NCBI GenBank assembly: GCA_964629815.1
Contig: CAZVTA010000001.1
Location: 118,357-182,356, forward strand
Origin: an uncultured Candidatus Saccharibacteria bacterium
GTDB lineage: Bacteria; Patescibacteriota; Saccharimonadia; Saccharimonadales; AWTP1-31
DNA: 64,000 nt
Direction: 5' to 3'
Shown here one piece after another: positions 30,695 through 38,134 of the stretch. Under the pieces are notes generated by a model. It was not told where the DNA came from and did no database searches. It saw only the letters and a program-made list of their open reading frames with translations. Made by a program: the position numbers and the translations under genes. Numbering within the stretch: position 1 is the stretch's first letter; each line of letters starts with the position of its first letter.

Positions 30695-30738
30695 AGATGA
30701 AGATTACAATAACATATTGTCTTAAAAAATTCAATAAT

Positions 30739-30767
30739 AAGTCAGAACTTTTTTACAGTTCTGACTT
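30739..30767. terminator. inverted repeat / probable terminator
   Basis: AAGTCAGAACT..AGTTCTGACTT 11-bp perfect stem. Confidence 0.6.
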
Positions 30768-30850
30768 CGTCTATTCCGGCTTGGCTCAGCATACAGGTCA
30801 CAGACTAGAACAGAGCAGCTGAGCCGCTCTGTAAGTAGTTGGTTATTGCT

Positions 30851-31009
30851 CTAGATTTGAGATAAAATCCAGACGCAACCTGCTAGTGAAAGCAGAAAGA
30901 TACTCAATCCAATTGGAGAGCCCCAGCTAAACCACGAACCCCACGCACGCCAATGTTTGTGCGTTCGTTCGTACCAGTCCATCTGCTCTTCTTTTGGTAT
31001 TTTTGACAT
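30851..31009 (-). CDS. 52-aa Trp-rich single-TM protein (below ORF-track cut-off)
   Basis: TAAGGAG SD; MSKIPKEEQMDWYERTHKHWRAWGSWFSWGSPIGLSIFLLSLAGCVWILSQI. Confidence 0.7.
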   Translation of the reverse strand: MSKIPKEEQMDWYERTHKHWRAWGSWFSWGSPIGLSIFLLSLAGCVWILSQI

Positions 31010-31146
31010 AGTTTCGACTCCTTATTTATTAATAGTGAGCCTCTTTAGATGCGTGTACCAGTAAAATATGTATTCCTAGAGACGAGGATATTTCTTTGTC
31101 TGGATTTACCAACATTCAGATTATAGCAAAGAGTTAATATATTCAG

Positions 31147-31545
31147 CTAGACGTGTAGTTCAGGAATGACCCATTCTTTGTTTTTAGGGTGTGTAAGAAG
31201 GTCTGGGTAGTATATGGTCAATTCTTCGCCTGGCTTTATGTTACGGGCTGCAAACAACTGCCATTTATGAGTTGCGATGTTTGGATCTCGATCGTGATTG
31301 ATATACCAAAAGACCGACATGAGTGCAAAATTTGCAGGAGCCAAAAACTCGCCAGTCTCGAGCAGCGGACAATATTTTAAGTGTGAGTCAGGTATCTCTT
31401 CTAATGCTAATCGGCGGTTAGTGTTTTCGTGTTCGGGTATGTATAAACGCGTGCCTTGTTGTATTGTGTCTACGGCAAAACAGCCTACGCCAGTGGTGTC
31501 TCTTAGCGACGGGCGTAGCATAAATGCATTTTGTACTGATTCCAT
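31147..31545 (-). CDS. SET-domain protein
   Basis: GVGCFA..I..G, YINHDRDPN, AARNIKPGEELTIYY. Confidence 0.88.
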   Translation of the reverse strand: MESVQNAFMLRPSLRDTTGVGCFAVDTIQQGTRLYIPEHENTNRRLALEEIPDSHLKYCPLLETGEFLAPANFALMSVFWYINHDRDPNIATHKWQLFAARNIKPGEELTIYYPDLLTHPKNKEWVIPELHV

Positions 31546-31635
31546 TTCAATATTTCATCTCAGCGTCAGTACTTTTGCAAGCTTAAACAAAACAAATCAG
31601 TAGCTTTCGCTAATCTATGCACTGCTATTCGCATA

Positions 31636-31665
31636 GTCTTTGCTTCGGGGAAAGGATGCGCTACG
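31636..31665 (-). repeat. decayed second copy of the tRNA-Asn 3'-end site
   Basis: CGTAGCGCATCCTTTCCCCGAAGCAAAGAC vs CGTAGCGCATCCTTTCCTCGGAGCCAAGAC at 32154-32183 (27/30). Confidence 0.8.
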
Positions 31666-31750
31666 CTAATGCATCATTAGGCAGGTCTACTTTAGTATTG
31701 AGTATTATTTCTAATGTGAGTCAGTATTTTCCTGTTAGCGTTTACTGTAG

Positions 31751-32116
31751 TTATAAGTCTGCTGCGCCAGGAAATTGTTGTTCTATTGCGACATTATAAG
31801 CCATAATGACTTCCCAAAGTGGGCTAGATGTCAACGCATAGGTTTTTTCATCATAGCTTCTAGCATCACGAACAAGGCTTACCATTCCAAGGGGTGAACC
31901 ATTCATTCTGTCTATGGATTCTTTAACTTGGCCGCCGGTCATAATGCTTCGTGGTCTTAATTCTTTGTAACGACCTATAGCTTCACTCACAGTAAACTGG
32001 TGAGGCAGCCGAGGAGCAAATCCCTCTCCGTCAAGAGTTATGATTGCGCATGCAACGTCTATGGTTCTTGGACCGCCGAATAATGCTTCGTTGATCTTTT
32101 CCCGATTTGTAGTCAT
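31751..32116 (-). CDS. hypothetical protein (possibly winged-helix-like)
   Basis: Start at MTTNREK; lies between two tRNA-3'-end sites. Confidence 0.55.
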   Translation of the reverse strand: MTTNREKINEALFGGPRTIDVACAIITLDGEGFAPRLPHQFTVSEAIGRYKELRPRSIMTGGQVKESIDRMNGSPLGMVSLVRDARSYDEKTYALTSSPLWEVIMAYNVAIEQQFPGAADL

Positions 32117-32153
32117 AAAACTAAAAATACCACAAAATGTGGTATTTGTAAAT

Positions 32154-32297
32154 GTCTTGGCTCCGAGGAAAGGATGCGCTACGTTTGCACGGACTACGCT
32201 TTTCGATGTAAGCATCTGCACGCTTCGTCCTGTACGAACCTTCGACCTTCAAAGTTGATGCTGGCACAAATTTAAGTCGAAGAGCCGTACCCTTCCC
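32154..32297 (-). repeat. fold-back tRNA-Asn T-arm mimic (inverted copy, loop, direct copy with 59-nt insert)
   Basis: Inverted copy 32274-32297 (17/24 to the T-arm); direct halves 32235-32248 and 32158-32175; insert 32176-32234. Confidence 0.8.
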
Positions 32298-32304
32298 AGA
32301 AAAA

Positions 32305-32341
32305 TACAAAAACAGCCCACAAAACGTGAACTGCTTTTGTA
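32305..32341 (-). terminator. terminator downstream of tRNA-Asn
   Basis: TACAAAAGCAGTTCAC..GTGGGCTGTTTTTGTA hairpin followed by T-tract. Confidence 0.65.
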
Positions 32342-32382
32342 TGGCTCCGGGGAAAGGATTCGAACCTTCGACCTAGTGGTTA

Positions 32383-32922
32383 CACTTGTTCGTTATTTTC
32401 ATAACGTGTGGACTATATCATCATCCATAAACGGATGTTGGGCGCTGATGAACGATTATTGTTAGGCTCACGTTCTAGTCTCTGAACCTTCCAAACTCCT
32501 TTATCCTAAGCTTGGCTTGGCTGCGGATTACCTTATCTTTCGACGTAGGCTTCCCGACAATTCACCCAATTTTCACTACTTAGTTTCCCAAGTAGGCTGC
32601 TTATAGCCTGCGTGAATTTCCCGATGACAGTTTGCACACAGAAGCACACATTTGTCTGCCTCTGCTTTATTCTTTTCCCAAGATCTTGTAAGTCCACTAG
32701 AGGATATACCAAAATCTTTTTGAGATGCATCTTTGTGGTGAAGATCGAGTGCATTAATACACTCATCGTAACCGCAGATGATGCATGCACCGCCTTTGTA
32801 GTCAACAAGCATTTGTCGGACTTTTTGGCGACGCTTAGCCACTGCCTTCTTGAGATATTCAGCGCGATCGGCATAACTTCGTCTATCTGGCATACACATA
32901 ATTGTATGCCAAAGTGTCGACT
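32383..32922 (-). mobile_element. group I self-splicing intron (540 nt) in the anticodon, position 35/36
   Basis: Exon ends in U and intron ends in G; P GAATTGTCGGGAA, Q AATCCGCAGCC, R GTTCAGAGACTA, S GATATAGTCC; IGS GCAGCC (32595-32600) pairs with exon GGCTGT; GAAA-capped P2 and P9. Confidence 0.92.
32576..32899 (-). CDS. intron-encoded HNH endonuclease (putative homing endonuclease)
   Basis: CIICGY..ALDLHH..KCVLLCANCHREIH Zn-bound HNH; start may be ATG 32893. Confidence 0.85.
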   Translation of the reverse strand: MCMPDRRSYADRAEYLKKAVAKRRQKVRQMLVDYKGGACIICGYDECINALDLHHKDASQKDFGISSSGLTRSWEKNKAEADKCVLLCANCHREIHAGYKQPTWETK

Positions 32923-33035
32923 ACAGCCACCCGCTCTACCGCTGAGCTACCCCGGAATATGCAAATAAGGTTCTTTGCGAAATACGCAACCGCCAAATTA
33001 TATCTAAAATAACCCCTTATGGCAAGCGGTGCGAT

Positions 33036-33548
33036 TTATGGAAACAGAATAGGCCAATGCATCTGAACACTTGGCGTATACGTATCGGGATTTTTGGCGA
33101 TATCGGCCGATAGCCATGTCTTGTCGACCCATTTTGTTGCGGCTACGGCATCTTCGAGAACTAGCCTTGGAGAAGGTTCGTTAACATCGCCTGCAAACCA
33201 TGCAATAAAGCGTTGTTCGCCCTCTTGCCGGGTAATGGGTAGTTTCTTGATAAAGCGAAGACGGATGTTCGTTAAGCCGAGTTCTTCTGCGAGTTCTTTG
33301 TAGGCGTTGTCTTCGTATGACTCGCCTTTTGCGACCGTACCTGCAGCAGACGGGCCCCATTTGCCCGGATCTACCGATTTATGAAAAGCGCGCTGAGCAA
33401 TAAGTACCTTGCCTTCTGGATTTGTTAGCCAAATTGCGCTAACCCGAATACGGTCGGTAGTGGCGAGCGAAGATCGCAGTTTGTATTGAATAATGTTGTC
33501 GTGTTCATCTACAACAATTGCTTCTTCGCCTATTTCTTGTGATTGCAT
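33036..33548 (-). CDS. NUDIX hydrolase (IDI-like subfamily)
   Basis: QRAFHK..DPGKW..AAG.V..GESY...AYKELAEELG. Confidence 0.85.
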   Translation of the reverse strand: MQSQEIGEEAIVVDEHDNIIQYKLRSSLATTDRIRVSAIWLTNPEGKVLIAQRAFHKSVDPGKWGPSAAGTVAKGESYEDNAYKELAEELGLTNIRLRFIKKLPITRQEGEQRFIAWFAGDVNEPSPRLVLEDAVAATKWVDKTWLSADIAKNPDTYTPSVQMHWPILFP

Positions 33549-33574
33549 ACGTTGCAGAGTATAGCGTGGTTACG

Positions 33575-33850
33575 CTACATTACAAACAAGTAAAGTAGAA
33601 CTACAACCGCAAGACCAACGGCAGCAGCAATAATAATGGGCTTTTTGCTGTCTTTATTGGCGGATGTGGGTGCTTGTGAAGGCATAGTGCTTGCTTGAGG
33701 TGCTTCAGGCGTTGCAGGAGCCGCAGCCATATCTGGCGTTGGTGTATCGGCGGCCGCAGGAGTTGGGGCTTCTACCGGCGCTGGTGCAGCGGTAGGTATT
33801 GGGTCTGGATTGGCTGCCGGTGGTGTTACTGGTTGTTCGTTTGGTTGCAT
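33575..33850 (-). CDS. Pro/Ala-rich tail-anchored protein
   Basis: AAGGAG SD; low-complexity region plus C-terminal TM. Confidence 0.6.
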   Translation of the reverse strand: MQPNEQPVTPPAANPDPIPTAAPAPVEAPTPAAADTPTPDMAAAPATPEAPQASTMPSQAPTSANKDSKKPIIIAAAVGLAVVVLLYLFVM

Positions 33851-33913
33851 ATAAGCTCCTTACATAAATATGGTTATGGTTTAATTGTACAACCTTTGTG
33901 TGGTTTGGCAAAC

Positions 33914-34381
33914 TTAGCGACTATGGTGTTTTATGGCAGCGTGAATGGCGCGGGTTTCGTCGCGTTTTTTGAGTGATTGGCGTTTGTCATATTGTTTTTT
34001 GCCACGGCCGACTGCAATTCGTACTTTTATATAACGACCAGCAGTCAGGATTTGTAACGGGACGATAGATTTTCCTTGTTGCTTAGCTTCGATGAGCTTA
34101 TCGATTTCGCGTTGCTTGGCGAGCAACTTACGTGTTTGCGTAGATTCACTTTCGCTAATAGGAACACCAGGCATACCGGCAATGGTCGCATTGAATAGCC
34201 ATAGCGAGCCGTCTTTAATGGTTACATATGCGCCACGAAGATGGCCATGTCCATGGCGCAGTGCCTTGGTTTCTCGGCCATTGAGTACAATGCCAACGAC
34301 AAGATCGTCCCCGAGCTCGTAATCGTGCCGGGCACGACGGTTGGCGATTGCTTTTGGTGTGGCTGACTTATGTTTTGTCAT
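33914..34381 (-). CDS. smpB: SsrA-binding protein
   Basis: NRRARHDY, G.ETK.LR, RKLL..REI, GKKQYDKR. Confidence 0.95.
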   Translation of the reverse strand: MTKHKSATPKAIANRRARHDYELGDDLVVGIVLNGRETKALRHGHGHLRGAYVTIKDGSLWLFNATIAGMPGVPISESESTQTRKLLAKQREIDKLIEAKQQGKSIVPLQILTAGRYIKVRIAVGRGKKQYDKRQSLKKRDETRAIHAAIKHHSR

Positions 34382-34409
34382 AAGATATATTGTACGTCAA
34401 AAAACGGGA

Positions 34410-35588
34410 TTAGTAACATACCGAGCACTGATTTTCTTTAATGCCTCGTTTCGCTGCGTCCCATAGGCTCGAGTCGCCTAACGCCACTTTACGCCAATAC
34501 CACATCTCGGCACCCCATAGGTCGATAGTTCGCATACCAGTGGCCTTTCCGTAGCGGAAGCGTTCCTCAAGACGATCGGCGTTGAGCGATTTATTCTGCT
34601 CGGCAATAGTGTTATCTTTTATGCCGCCACTTGGCGTCCATGGTTCAGCCTGTAGCTCGTGAATTACTAAATCTCGGCCAGTAAAAATTTTGCCCCACCC
34701 TGCCAACGATGCATAGAACCATGCGGGAAACGGATATTCGAAATAGCGTTTAGTGATAGTTTTATCCCATACACGTTTGTAGATAGAGATCGCAAACACA
34801 TCGGCGCGCGGTGCATATAGTGGAATCCCCCAGGCGTTGTTGCTGCGGCTTATGACAACGGGGTGATGGGGATCTTGTTGTTTTACAAAATTAAACTCAT
34901 CGACGAGACGCTCGCGCTCGAAGTCTTTACACTCGCCAAACACCTTTAGAAAATATTCGTTCTCGAGCTGATAACTTTCGAGTGCTGGGCTGTTTTTGTA
35001 TCGTTCTATAACCTTGCCCATAAACTCTTTTAGTTCTGGGTACCACTCTGATTTTGGAATATTTTCTGCCCACGTAGGTGGGTGGCATTCGGGCCAGCGT
35101 GGTTGCCGTAGGCCAATAGCAAGGCTGACTTTTGCGTTCGCATCTTCTGCTTTTTTAAACTGCCAATCTAATTCGTTAAAGTTGTATTGATCTTTAGTTT
35201 TTTCGATGTCTTTCCAGTAGCTTACGAGCCGAAACCTGCGGATACTCAGGTCATTGATGAGTGCATCCATAGTTTCTTCGGGGTCAATGCCATAGTAGCG
35301 AGCATAGTTTGGTATAAATGTAACCCCATAGGTTAGGGGTTTGTGGCGATGTGTAAAAATATACCACTGCCCCACCCCATACGACGCAGCCGTGAAAAGT
35401 ACCAAAAGTGCAGCCAAAATGAGTGATATTTTTTGCCATATTTTGCGCTCTTTCCACCAGAATGACGGTTTTTCTATGCGGAATTTGCTGAGGAGTCTAT
35501 GGCGTAGCCGAGCTTCTTTCTGTCCGTAATGTTTAGAAAGAAGTTTTCGCTCTTCGATAAGATCGTTATTTTTATCTCGTTCTTGCAT
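34410..35588 (-). CDS. membrane-anchored clan GH-A glycoside hydrolase-like protein
   Basis: TM, YGVTF, G.RQPRWPECH.P.W, QLENE (acid/base), ELQAEPW (nucleophile). Confidence 0.75.
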   Translation of the reverse strand: MQERDKNNDLIEERKLLSKHYGQKEARLRHRLLSKFRIEKPSFWWKERKIWQKISLILAALLVLFTAASYGVGQWYIFTHRHKPLTYGVTFIPNYARYYGIDPEETMDALINDLSIRRFRLVSYWKDIEKTKDQYNFNELDWQFKKAEDANAKVSLAIGLRQPRWPECHPPTWAENIPKSEWYPELKEFMGKVIERYKNSPALESYQLENEYFLKVFGECKDFERERLVDEFNFVKQQDPHHPVVISRSNNAWGIPLYAPRADVFAISIYKRVWDKTITKRYFEYPFPAWFYASLAGWGKIFTGRDLVIHELQAEPWTPSGGIKDNTIAEQNKSLNADRLEERFRYGKATGMRTIDLWGAEMWYWRKVALGDSSLWDAAKRGIKENQCSVCY

Positions 35589-35611
35589 CTGCTAGTATCA
35601 ATATTACGTAC

Positions 35612-36454
35612 ATGAAAAAACCATTAACAGTTTCAATCATTATACCTGTTTATAACGAACAGGACTACCTTGTTCATTGTCTTGACTCTATAGCAGCACA
35701 AACCGTGCGTCCTAACGAAGTGCTGATTGTCGATAATAACTCAACTGACGACACTGTTGCTATTGCTCGTACGTACCCATTTGTGCGCGTGCTTTCAGAA
35801 AAAAAACAAGGCGTTGTCTTTGCTCGCAATAGAGGCTTTAATGCTGCAAAAAGCGAACTCCTTGCCCGCATAGACGCCGATACTCAGCTGCCAAAAGATT
35901 GGGTCAAACAAGTGCGCGCAGTAATGCGCCCTACCAAGATCGCAGCTGCGACAGGCCCTGTTTCGTATTTTGACCAACTTGCGCCTGCCCGTAACTACGC
36001 GTTAGATCACTTTATTCGTAAAACGCTTTATGTTCGCGCGCCAACTGCCCCATTTTTATTTGGTACGAATATGGTTATTCGAAAATCGGCGTGGGATTCA
36101 GTGAAAAAGCTGGTGTGCCATACGCCCGATGTGCATGAAGATATTGACCTAGCAGTTCACCTATATACACAGGGACTACAAATTGCCTACGACAAGCGCA
36201 TGCTAGCTGCTACCTCGTCTCGTCGCTGGGACGATTCGCCACGCCAATTTGCGTACTATATGAAAGTTTTTCGGGACAGCTGGCGGGTACATGGTATTAC
36301 CAGCAAGGCACCAGTGTTTGCATCGGGCGTGTATCTTTTGGGCTATGTTCTCTTTCGTCCTGCGCGACTTTCCTATGATGTGAATACAAACACTAAGTCC
36401 TTTTCCGTGCGGTTTCGCAATCGTTTTAAACCGCGTAAACACCCAATGGACTAA
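35612..36454 (+). CDS. glycosyltransferase family 2
   Basis: SIIIPVYNE, VDNNSTD, ARN.G, DAD, EDIDL. Confidence 0.92.
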   Translation: MKKPLTVSIIIPVYNEQDYLVHCLDSIAAQTVRPNEVLIVDNNSTDDTVAIARTYPFVRVLSEKKQGVVFARNRGFNAAKSELLARIDADTQLPKDWVKQVRAVMRPTKIAAATGPVSYFDQLAPARNYALDHFIRKTLYVRAPTAPFLFGTNMVIRKSAWDSVKKLVCHTPDVHEDIDLAVHLYTQGLQIAYDKRMLAATSSRRWDDSPRQFAYYMKVFRDSWRVHGITSKAPVFASGVYLLGYVLFRPARLSYDVNTNTKSFSVRFRNRFKPRKHPMD

Positions 36455-37029
36455 AGATTGTTTGTTTGCTTTTGGCCACTTTTCGTGTTTTGCAGCGAAC
36501 AGCTTGCCCATAGACCGCGATTACTCGCTTTTGCCTCTGCTTCGGTGGCTTCAAATTCGTCTATTTTTGTGAACGGAAAGTACGTGTACGCAAAACCATA
36601 GCCTTGCTTGATAATCTCGGCATTGACGAGGGTTTGATCGGGCAAATACACATAGCGTAACAAGCGATTGTAGCGGTCGCGGTTTGTATTGGTTGGGTCA
36701 GCTTCGAGGCGTACACGGTTACCACCAATGAGTTGTTTCGTGAAGTTTGCGGCGGCTTCACCATAGCATTGGATGCTTTTGCGTGGGTCGTGTGTTTCTG
36801 GCGTATCTACACCAATCATACGTATCTTTTCGACAGTACCATCCATATTTACTGCAATTGTATCTCCGTCTATAAATTCGGTTACTTGGTAGGTCCCTGG
36901 CTGATTATCGAGTACTATCTGGCGTGGTTTTTCCGCAAAAGGCTGTTGGCTTGTCCAGGCTACGCCAAAACTCAGCAGCGCGATAATGAGTGTGACGAGC
37001 TTTTTAGTTTTTCTCTTGCCGAGTGCCAT
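36451..37029 (-). CDS. thermonuclease (SNase) family protein
   Basis: DGDTI, IRMIGVDTPE, DRYNRLLRYV, A...RGLW. Confidence 0.92.
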   Translation of the reverse strand: MALGKRKTKKLVTLIIALLSFGVAWTSQQPFAEKPRQIVLDNQPGTYQVTEFIDGDTIAVNMDGTVEKIRMIGVDTPETHDPRKSIQCYGEAAANFTKQLIGGNRVRLEADPTNTNRDRYNRLLRYVYLPDQTLVNAEIIKQGYGFAYTYFPFTKIDEFEATEAEAKASNRGLWASCSLQNTKSGQKQTNNL

Positions 37030-37540
37030 CGAGTGCCTCACGTACTGTGTCTTTCGTAACATCAATTCCAACTATCGAGAGACAGGGTTCTTCTGATCGT
37101 GGAGGTTCTAGCTCGTCCGAAAGCCGATTAAAAACGTCGGTCTTGAGGTTGCCGAACGGTCGGTGCGGGTCGTTTTCGCCGTCTTGTGTAGCACGCTGTT
37201 TTGCAATATGCTTCGGCGTATTGATCCATATAAGCTGTACGTTAACGCCAAGCTTATGGGCAATGTCATACTTCTCTTTTCTGTGTATATAGCGGTTCAG
37301 GTTTGCGTCGTAAACGACGCTTTTTCCCTTCTGTAATAGCTGTTGGGTTTCTTTGTTGAGTCCGCTATATACTGCATCGTGTTCGTCTTGTGAAAAAGTT
37401 GGGTTTTTAAAATGAGTTACGCGAAACTGATCAGAAGACAAACGAACAGCACCGGTTGTATCAGCAATTATGCGTGCGATAGTTGTTTTGCCTGCGCCCG
37501 GATAGCCAAGCATCAGGTAAAGCGTTGGTCGTTGTTGCAT
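37004..37540 (-). CDS. AAA_33 / P-loop kinase
   Basis: GYPGAGKTT, SSD.FR, SVVYDA. Confidence 0.85.
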   Translation of the reverse strand: MQQRPTLYLMLGYPGAGKTTIARIIADTTGAVRLSSDQFRVTHFKNPTFSQDEHDAVYSGLNKETQQLLQKGKSVVYDANLNRYIHRKEKYDIAHKLGVNVQLIWINTPKHIAKQRATQDGENDPHRPFGNLKTDVFNRLSDELEPPRSEEPCLSIVGIDVTKDTVREALDGTRQEKN

Positions 37541-37563
37541 ATAGTTAGACTACCGCGAAACGC

Positions 37564-37593
37564 AAAAGCAGACAAAATGTTTTGTCTGCTTTT
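37564..37593. terminator. intrinsic terminator after hsp20
   Basis: AAAAGCAGACAAAA..TTTTGTCTGCTTTT. Confidence 0.7.
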
Positions 37594-37607
37594 AGTGTAA
37601 GGGCTGC

Positions 37608-38051
37608 TTACTTATCGCCAATCTCAATCTTCTTGGGCGTAGGTAGTTCCTTGAAAGGTACTTCTACGGTAAGGACGCCTTTGTTGAAGTGTGCTTTTAC
37701 CATATCTCCATCGGCGTGTTTTGGAAGCGCTAGTCGGCGATAAAAACTACTGTGGCTTTCGTGTACCATGTAGTTTCGCTTTTTAGCTTTGTCTTCGCTT
37801 TTTTCTTTGTGCTCACCTTTGATTTCGAGCACGCCATTATGTACGCTAACTTCGATCTCGTCTTTATCGAAGCCAGGTGCATGCACTTCAGTGACAAGTT
37901 TTTTATCATCCTCTGTGTACACATCGATTGCAGGCATTTGCTGGCCTACAGAAGGCATGCCGCTAAACATAGTGTTGAACATATCATCCAACTGCGAGTG
38001 CAGCGAAGTCAGTCCCGCAAAGGGATCATTAAAACGAATTAAATTACTCAT
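37608..38051 (-). CDS. small heat-shock protein (Hsp20)
   Basis: PAIDVY, PGFDKDEI, F.RRL.LP, A.F..GVL.V.VP. Confidence 0.93.
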   Translation of the reverse strand: MSNLIRFNDPFAGLTSLHSQLDDMFNTMFSGMPSVGQQMPAIDVYTEDDKKLVTEVHAPGFDKDEIEVSVHNGVLEIKGEHKEKSEDKAKKRNYMVHESHSSFYRRLALPKHADGDMVKAHFNKGVLTVEVPFKELPTPKKIEIGDK

Positions 38052-38096
38052 TTTTTCCTCCTTTTCTGGTGTTTCACCACCTACAGTGTAATAAAA

Positions 38097-38123
38097 TTAG
38101 CACTCTCGTGTCAAGAGTGCTAG
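38097..38123. promoter_or_regulatory. CIRCE element (HrcA operator) upstream of hsp20
   Basis: TTAGCACTC-N9-GAGTGCTAG. Confidence 0.9.
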
Positions 38124-38134
38124 CTACGTTTATG

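Larger units (their letters stand above)
32342..32956 (-). tRNA. tRNA-Asn(GTT), split by intron (exons 32923-32956 and 32342-32382)
   Basis: Joined exons give TCCGGGG..GGTGGCT-GT|T-AACCACT..GGTTCGAATCC..CCCCGGAGCCA, a full cloverleaf. Confidence 0.93.

Noticed and set aside
31070-31110. Possible third tRNA-Asn site (ATCCTCGTCTCTAGGA)
   Set aside because: Only ATCCT matches; not distinguishable from chance
31147-32341. Prophage or classical genomic island at tRNA-Asn
   Set aside because: No integrase, phage structural or replication genes; segments between repeats are only ~0.5 kb
32533-32968. Alternative ORFs 32533-32874 (-) and 32612-32968 (+)
   Set aside because: Shadow frames over the HNH gene, ribozyme core and tRNA exon
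33851-34409. tmRNA near smpB
   Set aside because: No tRNA-Ala-like ends or tag reading frame found in the flanking gaps
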